Assembly: GCF_009914755.1 (NCBI RefSeq) | Contig: NC_060945.1 | From: the human T2T-CHM13v2.0 reference genome, Homo sapiens | Direction: 5' to 3' (one strand) | Length of the DNA stretch: 64,000 bases | Shown: positions 16,890 through 34,640 of the stretch, one piece after another | Layout: every line of letters starts with the position of its first letter | How positions within the stretch are numbered: the stretch's first letter is position 1 | The notes under the pieces: generated by a model | What the model saw: the letters and a program-made list of their open reading frames with translations, nothing else | Told to the model about the DNA's origin: nothing | The model's database searches: none | Position numbers and translations under genes: made by a program

Positions 16890-18150
16890 GGCGACATACG
16901 TATATACTGTGATCCAGCAATTCCATTCCTAAGAATACAGCCAACAGAAATGTGTACATATATGTACCAAAAAACATGTACAAGGATGTTCATACTTGTG
17001 TCATTTATAATAGCAAAATTGGAAATAAAGCAAATGTCAACAAAACAGCTAAATATTTTAATATTCATAAAATGGACTACACTGCAACAAATATGAGTAA
17101 ACTACTGCCACTTGCTACAACATGGATGATTTCCCATATGTCAACATGGATGATTTCCCATATGTCAACATGGATGATTTCCCATATATCAACATGGATG
17201 ATTTCCCATATGTCAACATGGATGATTTCCCATATGTCAACATGGATGATTTCCCATATGTCAACATGGATGATTTCCCATATGTCAACATGGATGATTT
17301 CCCATATATCAACATGGATGATTTCCCATGTCAACATGGATGATTTCCCATATGTCAACATGGATGATTTCCCATATATCAACATGGATGATTTCCCATA
17401 TGTCAACATGGATGATTTCCCATATGTCAACATGGATGATTTCCCATATGTCAACATGGATGATTTCCCATATATCAACATGGATGATTTCCCATATGTC
17501 AACATGGATGATTTCCCATATATCAACATGGATGATTTCCCATATATCAACATAGATGATTTCCCATATGTCAACATGGATGATTTCCCATATGTCAACA
17601 TGGATGATTTCCCATATGTCAACATGGATGATTTCCCATATGTCAACATGGATGATTTCCCATATATCAACATGGATGATTTCCCATATATCAACATGGA
17701 TGATTTCCCATATATCAACATGGATGATTTCCCATATATCAACATGGATGATTTCCCATATATCAACATGGATGATTTCCCATATGTCAACATGGATGAT
17801 TTCCCATATGTCAACATGGATGATTTCATTGAGTGAAAGGAGCTAGATACCAAAGAATACACAGAGAATGACTCCATTTATGTTAAGCTGAAAAACACTT
17901 AAAACTATTCCATGATGTAAGAGGTCTGAATAGTGATTATCTTTGCAGATCATAATAAAGATAACTGGGAAGGAGCATGAGGGGATTATTCTCTGGAAAG
18001 CTCTCTGGTATGCTAGTAATAATGTTCTATTTCTCAACCCAGTTGTGGTAATAAGGGTATGTTCATTCTATAATAATATATCAAGCTGTATGTTTAAGAT
18101 TTATATACTTTTCTACATGTATTATAATTTAAAAAGCTTATTATTTTAAA
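16890..18150 (+). mobile_element. Old L1M (L1ME-like) 3' fragment interrupted by the VNTR
   Basis: gatccagcaattccattcct...caacatggatga...ttgagtgaaagga...ccatttat resembles the L1 ORF2 end and 3' UTR. Confidence 0.75.
17118..17827. repeat. 24-bp minisatellite/VNTR (CAACATGGATGATTTCCCATATRT), 29 units plus a 16-bp partial unit
   Basis: Read directly: 28 units of 24 bp and one of 22 bp. Confidence 0.99.
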
Positions 18151-19220
18151 AAAATACATTTGAGCAGACGGAACAGCATATGTAAAGACCCTGACGCCAG
18201 AAAGAATTTGGTACATTCAGAACTGAAAGGCGGCCAATGAGGTTAGAACATAGAAACCAAGAGGTAAAGTGGTAACAGGTTGAAGAGGGAAGCAGAAACT
18301 CGATTTTATTGTAGGTCATCTTAGAGTTTAGATTTTAACTTCAGTGGCCAATCACTGAAGAGTATTAGGCAGGGGATTAATAAGATCTAAACCATGTTTT
18401 TTAAAAGACTGGGGTGTAGGCGTGGTAAGTAGAAGCAGAGGGACCAGTTAAGGAGGGAATTGTAATGATCCATGAAAGAGACAACAGTGTCTTGATTGAA
18501 ACAGAGCCAGCTAAATGCAGGCAGTTGCATGGAATCTCAAGGAAATTAAGAGGAGGAATTGACTAGACTTGGTAATAGAGAGAATGTGTGAAATGTGAGG
18601 GGAAGAGGTGTTGAGGATGATTCTTAAGTTGTTTGAAACAACTTGGTAGATGGAGTGCAATCCATTGACATAAGGGAGACTGAAGGAAAGATCAGGTTTG
18701 AGGATATGCAGTGGTTGGTAAGACCATCAATACGGTACCTATTCCAACTCTTCCTCATTTGGTAGCCACCAAACAGTTTGTGATACTATGGAAATCACAG
18801 AAATTTCTACCTTCTTCTGCCAATGATCTACCTGATGCAAACAGCACATGATATCCCAACAGTCATTTTTGGTTCAGGAATACACAAACACTCAATCCGG
18901 TGCAAGGGGAAGTGCATTTTCCTTTTGTGGGTTCTAACCCATTATCTGAGTTTCAAAAAGCTGGATCTCAATTGTGTCATCCAACATAATTATTCAACCC
19001 AGCTCTCATCAATCCTACGTCACTTTGCCACAACTAAAAATCTGAAAACTGTACTTTCTACTCCATTCTCTAAGAGAATTGATAAAACTGGGAACAAGAT
19101 AGGCCAAAGATATATTCCCAATGCTAACCAAGGAAAGACAACTAATGAGCACTAAGGTACAACCAGCTAGAAATTTATTTAATTATAAGATTCTGGAATT
19201 TAAAAATAAAAACAAAAAGA

Positions 19221-19532
<312 letters not shown>

Positions 19533-20389
19533 TCATTCTACTTATAGTTCACACATGGTCCACAGGATATTAAATGATTTTGTTTATCTATATTTCAGCA
19601 ACACATTCAAGAGATTACAGCAATCCTATGGTCCACTAGTGAACAGAATGAAACATAACTCATAATAAATATTTATTGCTAAGAGCTAGTTATATAAGTA
19701 AACACACCTTTATATATAAAAAGTTAAATAAGACTATAATGAAATAGAAACACAAAATTTTAATAAGTACATTTAACATATAGAAATATTTAATGTTTTG
19801 AGACAATAAAGTTTTTTTTTAATTTTTTTCTTTTCACTGACTCAGTTGGCCCAGAATTATCCAGGAATTTCAAGGGTCTAAAATTTTTTCATTCTGAACT
19901 GAGGAAGTAATGAGTATCCAACCAAGAAGAATTTATATATCTCTCCAAATGCCAAATTTATTTTCTCCAAGTGCCAAATCATTCATCATTTGGTTCAGTA
20001 GCTATGAAATGCAACCCAATGTGAATGCATGTGCTCACATACGTAACACTACTGATCAGCAATGGCTTATATTTATAAACTCTATTTAAGCTGGAAAAAG
20101 ATAAAATACAAATTCTTATTAACAACCATTAAAACACTCAAAGCAAATTTTAATTGTCACCAGTAAAAATCATGCACAATTTTTAAAACTATACTTCCTT
20201 TTGATACTCTAACAAGGCTAAACAATTGCACTAGCCCATTCCACTCTTTATTGCTTCTTTCACTTTGTATGCTTCTTTCAAAATTTCACTGATTCAGACT
20301 TTATAATCTCAAAAGTTTTGAAAATGTTGGTATTGGATACTAAGAAAGGTAATACTACAATATTAAACTGCTAGTCATTATAATTAGCT

Positions 20390-22140
<1,751 letters not shown>

Positions 22141-23461
22141 CTCCCGTTATAGTCCTGAGTTACGTATATTTTATAGGACAAGTTAGAACATCTGATAGAC
22201 CTGAGATGATGTAATAAAAAGCCACAGAGTTTTTACTATTCAGTGAGAGTGGAAGTTCTGCCTTTCCTTTTTATTTCCTCATAGCAAAGTTAAGTGGTGA
22301 AGAAATGAAAGCACTTAAGAACTAACTACTGGTTTGACCCTAGGTCAATCCTACTACCAACCCAGAATAAAAAAGTTTGGTTGATTTTCTTTTTAAAGAG
22401 TTGACATTTAAGTTACTTTCTATTAAATACGTACATTCCTCAGACTACAGGGGCACATAAAAAAAGAAAGAAAATAAATATGCACCTTCCAAAGGTATTT
22501 ATAAAAAGAAAATGAATTTTTGCAACCCTAACATAAAGTGATATATAACAAGTCTAAATTTCATGATTTCTCTGCTGAAAAAGTCAACTATAAAAAGTCA
22601 CTTCTTCCCTCAACTTGCAAATTTTTCTTTAAAAGAGACAGGACACTGCAACTTATCTAAAGGGCAATCATGTTGACAGCGTTTGGCAATTAAAAAAAAA
22701 AAACAAACTACACACACTGTTTGGCATTACCACCTACTATATTTATCCAAAAGTCTAGAACCTGACATTTAACTTGGCCCAGGAAAGAAACTTTGTTTTT
22801 AATGACTTTACTGTAAATTAAACCATACTTTCTCCTCTAATATATTAATATGTTAATAGTTTGTAGGGAAAAACACAAGTGTACAGTTCCCTCATTAGAA
22901 AATGCTACCAATTACACTCTTAACCTTAACGCCTTCCCTTATTTTTACACTTCATTCCCCACCCCTGAAAATAATAGCCACACAATATATGGTAATACAA
23001 TAGCCTCACAACAGCACAAACAATAATTACAGTAAAAAAAAATTAAATGGTAGGACTATGTCATTGGGGCAGTTATCTTTCCAATCCTCAGTTTCCAAAT
23101 CTCTGAAATGTGGATAAAAGCACAATCTGAACTGAATGAAATAAAGTGTGTCAAATGCCACATCTCCTGAACTGTGTGCTCAGATGCCCCACGGCACTAC
23201 AGCAAACTCCCAGGGAAGCTGCATATTTTAAACAGAAGGAAACACTGAGATTCTCAACACATGCTGGAAACCAGCCAAACTATTAACCTGAGGTGCTTGA
23301 GTTGTCATATTAGATTGCAGTGCATTCCTTGGATGATATATATTAGTGAAACCGGGTTTTTGCTGGTTGCTGTGATAAAAGCAAGTGTCACTTGAAAATC
23401 AATGTGGAACAGGAAATGAGGACGGCAGTGTACTCTGTTCCAAGGTTTGAAAAGCTATGCA

Positions 23462-23771
23462 GGCTGGGAGCAGTGGCTCACGCCCGTAATCCCAGCACTT
23501 TGGAAGGCCATGGTGGGCAGATCACCTGAGGTCAGGAGTTCGAGACCAGCCTGGCCAACATGGTGAAACCCCGTCTCTACTAAAAATACAAACATTAGCC
23601 AGGTGTGGTAGCGGGTGCCTGCAATCCCAGCTACTTGAGAGGCTGAGGCAGGAGAATTGCTTGAACCCGTAGGCAGAGGTTGCAGTGAGCCGAGACCGTG
23701 CCATTGCACTCCAACCTGGGTGACAAGAGTAAAACTCCATCTTAAAAAAAAAAAAAAAGAAAGAAAAAGAA
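23462..23771 (+). mobile_element. AluS-type
   Basis: TSD gaaaagctat. Confidence 0.9.
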
Positions 23772-23983
23772 AAGCTATTTAGTGCTCAGTGCTCAACAAG
23801 CACACACATCTCATTAGTAAATTGTGGTTACTTATGAAGAAAATAAATGTTCTATTTTTTCTGCATTTTTTTTTTTGAACAGCTACAAAAGCTGTTGGGA
23901 CACAAATATTTTTTGGACCTAACTATTTAATAAACAGAACTATTAAGTATTGTTTGTGGCCTAGGGGTGTTGTGAAAAACTTA

Positions 23984-24315
<332 letters not shown>

Positions 24316-25426
24316 TCACCATAAAACAATGAAGTTTAAAAACCTCTGGCTTAATGTTGTGACTGGCAGAATAAGCTTCCAGTAAGTGGTAGCCATTATC
24401 ATTTCACTACGATTAGTCCTTTACGCAGTTTTATAGAAAAGAGAGGATATTTCATATTCTGTAATAAAGATCTCAGAATATCATCCTATAGTATTATGAC
24501 TTATATTGAGTATTATATATAGTATTATGACTTATGTTGTAAGAAAAAATTAGGTAGACAAAGAATCTCATAAGGACAACTTGGAGGAAAACCAGGTGCA
24601 GTGATATGGCCTTGCTATTTATAAAATGCATGATTTGAGTCCTAATCTGACTCAAATTATGCTACTTGAAAAGCCTGAAAGTAATCTTACCACTAGACAG
24701 ATAAAAGCAATTCATCCTTACTCCCATGCTAGCATGTAATATGGAAAAGAGCAAAAGCTTTAATTTTAAGAGTTAGGAATCCATGGCGCCACCTCACCTC
24801 CCCATCTTTTACGTAGAGGTCCATAACTTCTGTTTTTAGAGTTATCCTCCATTTCCCATATGTTGACCTTTTCTTTACTCCATCTTCTATTTAGGATATA
24901 ATTATGAAATGAATCATTCACTTTATTGAAGCCTGAGATGGGCTGTAAAATATTGAGATTGTGAATTTAATGCATGTATGTCAGACTGACAGCTTGTCCT
25001 TCTCCTGTGACAGTCTTTGTGTATGTGTGTGTAAACTGGAGAAAGACTAAGAACAATGAATTGTACACAAAGCTGAGAGACATCTTTTATCTCTTAATAA
25101 ATTGTTTCCAGGAAAAAAATATGTACCTGTTTATAACTTGCTAACCATCACACAAGCTGCTTAAACTGGTAGATGCAGCAAACTAGTCACAGAGCTCACC
25201 TGCTACACTGAACCACTATTCCAAAGACATCAAATTGCAATTTAATCAAACACTTGCTGTACAAATACTTTTCAAAACTGAGTAATGCTAAAAATGGGTA
25301 CACTCCTAAAAAACATATTAACTGTTATCTAAGGGTAAGAACTTTTTAGAAAGTGTTTTAAATAAATCAATGCAACAGAAGAAATAATAATGAAATTATT
25401 TTCTATTTTAAACAGGTAATTTTGAA

Positions 25427-25771
<345 letters not shown>

Positions 25772-25933
25772 TTATCATAGACATTTCAAATTGGCATTTC
25801 AGAAGAACCTTAATAATGTGGTTAACAGTTATTTCCAATAGGATTTGTCAATAACAAATCTAAATAATGTGTAATATACATCTTTTATATCAGCAGTTCA
25901 GTCAGATAACAATTCTCAAAAACATAGGAAATA

Positions 25934-26595
<662 letters not shown>

Positions 26596-27563
26596 TTACG
26601 GAAAAATATCTCTTATTTTCAAACATAATAACTGCATGTTTATCAACTTTGTAATCTAGGTTAGTCTTTCCCTTGCTGTCATTCATTTAATAATCACATT
26701 TTCTTCAAGTATGAGTAAAACACTACACTAAGCACTAAGACTGCAAATATTACTAAGACACACAGGCCTTTTCCTCAAGGAGTGCGGCATCCAGACACAG
26801 AACCTGAGCAGAATTCCATATGATATGAAGGCACTATACTCAAAGTGCTACAAGAGTATTAGCACTTGGTTCAGCCTGACAGTTTCAAGAAAACTACTTA
26901 GTAGCCCCATAAAAGACAACAGCACCAAAATTCTGGAAACATGGTTATTTTGGATAAAATCTGCAAGCCAAAAAAAAGCAATCCCCTAATCTATCATAGA
27001 AAGGCCTAAATACACTTTGCTCAGAAATGAGCATCACAATCTAATTATATCAGAATATCCAGGGGGCTAGAGCCCAGACAGTAGTATTTGTAAAAGCTGC
27101 CCAGGTGACTGTAACACTGATAATGTCATAACATCATGACTGATTTAAGCTTAGAATCCTATCGACATAAAGACAGAGTCTTGAGGCTGCATTAGTGAAC
27201 ACTTGGGTCCCTAAGGGGATCCATTGTATGAGACTATTTTCATTGTATTTTTACTTGCAATCTTTTGGTATGTGCTAATAGTATGAAAGACAAAATTTCA
27301 TGTTGGGTATCTCATGGCACTTCAGCAAAGGCCAAGAAAATTAAGTGATTGCTAATCCTCAACACTGTATGCTGACTAAAATGTCTGTTTAAAATTTACT
27401 TTTTAAAGTAAAGCCAGGGCAAGTAGAGACTTGAAATTAGGAACTTTGTGTACATAAAGACCAAGTCCTGCTAAGGTCACTTCCACCACCCCTTTCCAAG
27501 AAAAACACCTACATATGAGCATTTAGACAACAACAAAACCAGCACATAAGAAGTATGCGTCTT

Positions 27564-27873
27564 GGCTGCGAGCAGTGGCTCACGCCTGTAATCCCAATAC
27601 TTTGGGAGCCTGAGGCAGGTGGAAACCATGAACCCAGGAGTCTGAGATCAGCAGGGCAACATGAGGAAGCCCCCTATCTACAAAAAAATACGAAAAAAAT
27701 TATCTGGGCATAGTCGTGTGCGCCTGTAGTCCCAGCTACTCAGGAGGCTGAGGCAGGAGGATCAATTGAGCCCGGGAGTTCCAGGGAGTTCAATTACAGT
27801 GAGCTGTGATCATGCCACTGCACTCCAGCCTGGGTGACAGAACAAGACCATGTCTCAAAAAATAAAAGCAAAA
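27564..27873 (+). mobile_element. AluJ-type
   Basis: TSD aagaagtatgc. Confidence 0.88.
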
Positions 27874-28232
27874 AAGAAGTATGCACCTTGTGATACAGAG
27901 TAAGTTCTAGAGAAATGAAGAGAAGGTAGAGATAAAGGTGAGCTGGAGTGGTTGGGGCAGAGTCTTATGAAGGAAGAAGACCTGAGTAGGACCTCGGTGG
28001 GACTGACAGGCTCAGATTAGAGAAGCAGCACTCTAGCTGTCTTGGAGGAAGAAGGTGTAAAAAGCAACAGTATGATGAAGCTGAAAAAAGCATGGTGCTT
28101 GGGAAGGCACTGAGGAAACACCAGATCTCCTTAAAGGAGATCAACACTGGACAAATGACAGGTTGAGGAGTACAAACTTAATCTTGGTGAAAAACAGGGT
28201 TACACTTTGCTTTAATATAAAAAATGATTTTA

Positions 28233-28679
<447 letters not shown>

Positions 28680-29856
28680 TTAAAGTGTGAAGATTTTAAG
28701 TGAACACTGTACAGCACAATACAAACCTTGGTATCACTCCAAAATGAAGGCCAAATTAATTTTAAAAGTTAAGAAGGTTTGTTAGCTCTTAAATATTAAT
28801 ATGTTAAGTATTACTGTAAAGCTTATAGTAGGAAAGATAATGACATTCCAAGAGATTAGACATCCATTTATGTTAGCTTTACAGAAAGAGTCAATATTCC
28901 AACATTTTTTTTCTGAATTGCTCACATAGTCTAAATCTAATGAAAATAGAATAGCTTAGACAATATTTTAATATTCTTTCTCCTTAGAATGCACATTAAT
29001 GCCAAAATAAATGTTTTAGGGCCTTTTGGTAAAAACAAACCATTATTTGGCATAAAAGACGGCTGCTGGAGGTTTTGGAAATATTATTATTCTTAGGTTT
29101 CCTAACCTTGGAGTAAAGTGTAGCAATAATTCTAAAAACTATAAGTAATACACAGTTTGTAGCTGAACATTTGACTTGCTATTATGAGTAATCATAATTA
29201 AAGAAACATTTAGAATTTATACAAGATTAGTAAGTCAGGTAACGTCACCAAAAAACACAAGCAGCTGAAAAATGCTTCCCATACAAAAACAAACATTCGC
29301 CCCACCCAACCCCCACAATATTTTAATTCAGAATTCATCAGTATAAGAATTCCACTTGTAGTAAAAAATATATGCAATGGAAATTAATACTGTACCAAGG
29401 TATAGTTTAAATACAAAAAACAACTTGAAGCAATTAAGTCCATACTGATTGAGTATAGCCAATATTATTTATACTTATTTCTTGGAAGACCTAGAGCCCC
29501 TTCTCCTTCATTCAAAAAATATATGTACCAAATATATATTTCTTATATACTGTTCTTTGCTTAAGACTTTTCATTATGTCACTATCTTTTTCCCCATCAA
29601 GATGCAATTATACTATTTAGTCAAGTTAACACTTTAACTGACATTAATATTCTACATGCAAAGAGTGAGGTCTTATGCTCTTCATTTATTGAAGCTGGAG
29701 AAAGCTTAGTAGTTTAAGATATTTAAGGGCTTATATTTGTAAGTATGCCTTTCAAACACTATTTTTAATTTATAAAGATATAATCAGTAACTAAACTAAT
29801 CCCAACACTAGGATTATTTGCCTAAATCATATATATGTGTATATATAATCATATAC

Positions 29857-30157
29857 TTTTTTTTCTTTTTAATTTTTGAAACAGGGTCTCACTGTGTTGC
29901 CCAAGCTGGAGCGCAGTGGCGAGATCAAGGCTCACTGCAGTCTCGACCTTCCAGACTCAATCAATCCGCCCACCTCAGCCTCCCAAGTAGCGGGGACTAA
30001 AGGGCACACGACGGAGCCGAACTACTTTTTGTATTTTTTGTACAGAAAGGGTTTCACCACGCTGCCCAGACTGGTCTCAAACTCCCCGCCTCAAGCGATC
30101 AGCCCCCCTTGGCCTCCCAAAGTGCTGGGACTACAGGCGTGAGCCCCCACACCTGGC
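29857..30157 (-). mobile_element. AluJ-type
   Basis: Diverged dimeric Alu. Confidence 0.85.
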
Positions 30158-30790
30158 ATATCTTACATTAAGAAAGACCCAGTATCCAAATTAATTTTAA
30201 TTTCATCCATCTGCCCCTAAAATAACTCAAACATTACTAATCTATTTTTCTTGTGGTACAATAGTCCTTTTCTTTAAATTAGACTATCAAAATACTTTTA
30301 AAAATAATACAAAATCAATCATGTATCTCACATGAAAATCTAGAGGTTGTTTACAATTCCCTTAATGAAAACACAACGGCCATAACAGAAATACTCCAAC
30401 AATATTGGATAATATTAGATAATACCTACTACTATAACTGACCTACCAGTAAATATGTCAAGCAAGACACTGTATGGGTTTATGTGATACATGATACAAA
30501 CTGAAACAATATTTCTTTGGAAAAAACATTTACTTTTAGAAGCAGCAGCAGAACCCAAGAAAGCAAAATCCTGCAACCAAAACCTGCATCTCCCTGCACC
30601 CCCTCAACAAAAACCTGTTAACAAAAAGTTTGCAGGAAAATAAGTTTGATTAAAAGGAAATACAAGCATAATCTGCTAGAGGAAATACAGTGAAAGGGTT
30701 GTCGGGCTCTTTTCTAAAAAATGGTTGCATCTGAATTGTTTCAAATCAAAACAGAGACCATGACAAATTGGGCTCTAACAGATGACTTAC

Positions 30791-30936
30791 AGAGCACAGC
30801 GACAGCCCCAGACTCGAACATGAGACATTCTTCCTTATGCCTAGTTTCCACTATGAGGCTGAAAGGTGGGGGATCCAATTTGTGATAGATCCGGAATCCT
30901 TTACTGAACGCCATTCTCCTTTCTTCGGAGGCAGCC
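30791..30936 (-). CDS. SYNJ1: Synaptojanin-1 exon 2 with main ATG at 30914 ([41 protein letters not shown])
   Basis: Acceptor ttttcgcag|G, donor |GTAAGT; strong Kozak context agaATGG; recognised SYNJ1 N-terminus. Confidence 0.97.
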
Positions 30937-31963
30937 CTGCGAAAACCAAGCAAAGCAAAGCAAATGAAGCTGATGTTTCCTTCTGCAGCAAGGACTGCAA
31001 AGCATCCAAAAGTCCCTCCCCGCCAGGTTTTGATGGGGGGTTGGGGTGGGAAAAAACAGACAGCTCTGGGAGAAAATGGCTTTTTCCAAAAGATAAGTCG
31101 TCACTTAATTTTACCAAAAAGCAAGAGGAAAAGCTATCAATTCTCATACCAAGGCAAGACAAGGTTTTAGCACTGTAAGTCAATCAACGGTCTGGTTGAG
31201 TTTCCCGTTTAATTTATGCTTACTGAAAGGAAAAATTTTGAGCGTATTTCGTCCGGAGCTGTTTATCAGCTTCCTGCTTCAAGATCTGTCACTACGTTGA
31301 AAGGGAACCTATTTGGAAACTTCAAGCAGTTCCTTCGAGGGGAAAGGAGCGGAGGTGGGAGGGAAGGGTGACAAGGCTGGTTCAAAGCTCCTTAGGGGGC
31401 AGGAGAAGGAAAAGGATTATCCCACGCGACAGGCTCTCCCGGGGGTGGCGATGAAGGGCAAGGGAAAAGGCACAGGTTACCGCCGCCTCTCCTGCCCCGG
31501 GCTACCGCCGGCTGGGGGGACGGCAGGCGGGGCCGATAAATACGAATGGCCACCCGGGAAGAGTCACGACTCGGGGCACCGACCCGACTGGGGCTCCTCG
31601 GGGGTCCCGGGCAGTCGACTGCCCGGGAAAGCGGCTCCTTCTCGGAGAGACGGAAGAGCCGAGCAGCCCAAACCCTCCATTTATGCGCCAGAAGAGATAC
31701 CCCGGCGCCCAGGCGGATTCGGTTCGTTCCCGCGGGCGGGCTGACAGCCGCTGTCACCACAGCCCCCAGCCTGACGCGGCACCCCGCACAACCAGTGGTC
31801 TGCTCACAACCCCGCCCGTCCTCCCGCACCCCGGCTGCTCGCGGTCGCCCCTCACCGCTCCCGCTGACGCTGCGGAGGCAGAGACTGGTCTTGGAGGCGT
31901 CCGCCCGCCCGGCTGCCCGTGGGTCTGGCCGCAGCAGCTCCCCGCCCCCCGCCGGCTTGCTCA

Positions 31964-32113
<150 letters not shown>

Positions 32114-32119
32114 TCAGGA

Positions 32120-32303
32120 GGGAGACCACGCCCACTCTGCGCCGACCGGCTGGGCCTGGCACCCGCGGGCGGCCCCAGCCTCAGTCTCCAGCTACCTTTG
32201 CCTCCTGCGGCCGCCCCCAGGCAGAGCTGCGATCCCACCGCCGGGGGTGCAGGGAGAGGGAAGATCTGGCCTCCTTGGTCCTTTTGCGTGGGCTCTTCAG
32301 AGC
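32120..32303 (+). ncRNA. PAXBP1-AS1: Putative first exon of the divergent lncRNA PAXBP1-AS1, which runs rightward into the PAXBP1 3' region
   Basis: Gene recalled from knowledge of the locus; sequence shows a head-to-head CpG island and a candidate donor AGC|GTGAGC at 32303/32304. Start and downstream exons cannot be fixed from sequence. Confidence 0.5.
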
Positions 32304-33246
32304 GTGAGCGCCGGGGAGGGACTCCGGAGAAAAGCTTGGGGGGCTGCGTATTGCTGCTCCCCAAGCTGGGCGTCAGGACCAACCCCGCCGCCCCCACGGG
32401 CCTGACGGGAGAGGAGGAAGGGCTCGGGACGGTCGGCTCGCCGAGCCAACCAGGTGGCGCCTGAAGAGCTGTCCATGGTGTCGACAGCCCAGCAAACGGC
32501 ACCGAGTTCCTAGTCTGAGTGTCTGGATAGGTAGCAGAAGAAAAACTAATGCCTGCTCTGGGACAGTTCTGTTCGGTGCCTTTTCTTGTGTGTTCTGGAG
32601 CTCACAGGGTTCTATCGAAGAGTGCTTAGGTGTATACGATGGAGAGTGGGACGTCACAAACCAGGATCTCAAGGCTGAGTCCAACAAAACATGGCCGTAG
32701 GGAGGCCACGACAGCTGTGGTTGTCACCGACGGATGAATAGCTTTTGCCAACCGTGGAATTTAGTAACTAAAGGCACCTAACCCTTTTATCTCATCCTCA
32801 TTTTTCAACAAATGGTGCTTCCTGGCTAATATCAGCGTGTCCCATAGATTTCTGCTTCCATTGAATAGACCTAATAAGAAAGAGAATGAAGTCAAAGCCA
32901 ACAGGGCAGAAAGAAATTGAAAACCTGAAGAACCCAGCACTCAAACTGTCTCCACTTGCGTTTGCTTTTTCTTTACCTCTTCTCCTTCTGGTTTTCAACA
33001 GCCAAAGCAGGATTTAAATTTGGTTATGTTGCAAAAATCATTTCCCTCTTCAGGCCCTGTCATGTGACTTGATTTTTTCGTCCATTTTAGAGAAGCTGTA
33101 CCCACCCTGGTTTCAGGACACGGAACTAAATTTATTAGAAAAGAAGCCACTTCAAGTCATGAAGGAGAAACACAAAGATTCTTGGATTTAGTTCTAAGAA
33201 CTAGAGGGGATTTCTATGTCAGTACTGTCTCAGAAAAAACTGTTGA

Positions 33247-33565
<319 letters not shown>

Positions 33566-34207
33566 GAGAGGTACCTTTTATGACAACTGAAATCATTCAG
33601 TTTCAAGAGGAGTTGGGTACTGAAACCAAACTTGCTTACTCCAAAGCCCAAAATCCTTTCCACCATGCCTGTGTGTCTGTAAGGCTACACTAGAAATGCT
33701 TCCTTTCTTATAGTGGGAAGCATGGGTACTAAGCTCTTTTACGAACAAGTGTTCTGCATATTCCTGGTTCCTTTTTATTTTGGACTGAGGAGATTTAGGT
33801 CAAAATTTCTGGGTTCTGGGTTGGAATTCCAGCTTCTTTCTTCAAATTAAACTGGGGGGTAGCAAGACTTATTCCTAGATTTGTTAGAAGGCCACAGCTT
33901 TTCCACATCTCATTTTAGTCATGAAAAAGACACATGCCCAGAGTTTGAAAAACATAAAGGCAATTTGACTAGTGGCTTGATTGGTTCTATCTTCTTTTTC
34001 TTGTCCCTCTTTCCTATTTATACTTCTACTTTTGTTACAGCATTTGACAATAGTTGGAAAAATTTTCACTGACCTTGAAATGTCTTTGGGATAGGGTGAC
34101 TTAAAATATAGGTTAAGTGGCATACACAAACTTCTTAGTGAGATCCTAAGGGCCTACAGAGACAGGCTGACACCAACTCAACCCTTGAAACTGTGCAATG
34201 AAGAGCC

Positions 34208-34640
34208 TGTGGGAGGCTAAAAAACGCTACTTCAAAAAGAGATCCTTGTCTGTGAATGTTAATTTAGGTTTACAGATTTGATTAAGGGTCTTGAGATTAT
34301 TTTCAATTATCCAGGTGGGCCCTAGAGCCCTAGATGCAATCACAAGTGTCCTTATAACAGGGAGGCAGAGGAAAATTAAACACGCACACAGGAGAGAGAG
34401 AGAGAGAAAAAAAAGTGATGTGAAGACAGCAGCAGAGATTGGAGCGATGTGGCCATAGCCAAGCTATGTCAGCAGCCATCAGAAGTTGGAAGAGGCAAGG
34501 AAGGATTTGAGCCTAGAGCCTTTGGAAGGAGCATGGCCCTGTTGGTTCTGGCCTCCAGAACTGCAAGAAAATACATTTTTGTTGTTTTAAACCACCCAGT
34601 TCATGGTAATTTGTAACACCAGCTACAAGAAATTAACACA
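34208..34640 (+). mobile_element. MLT1-type MaLR LTR
   Basis: attatccaggtgggccct, gtccttataa.agggaggcagag, ttgttttaaaccacccagtt..tggtaatttgt. Confidence 0.8.

Noticed and set aside
17118-17827. CRISPR-like array
   Set aside because: Units are contiguous with no unique spacers, no cas genes, and the DNA is primate intron; it is a minisatellite
16952-17877. 294-aa and 266-aa repetitive ORFs (NMDDFPYV / SSMLTYGK)
   Set aside because: A stop-free 24-bp unit stays open in several frames on both strands; the frame switches at the 22-bp unit; no promoter or splice context
24851-24863. 13-bp match (atttcccatatgt) to the VNTR unit 7 kb away
   Set aside because: Short and AT-rich with no flanking similarity; compatible with chance
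30837-31183. 110-113 aa ORFs overlapping SYNJ1 exon 2
   Set aside because: Alternative-frame or antisense by-products with no recognisable domain
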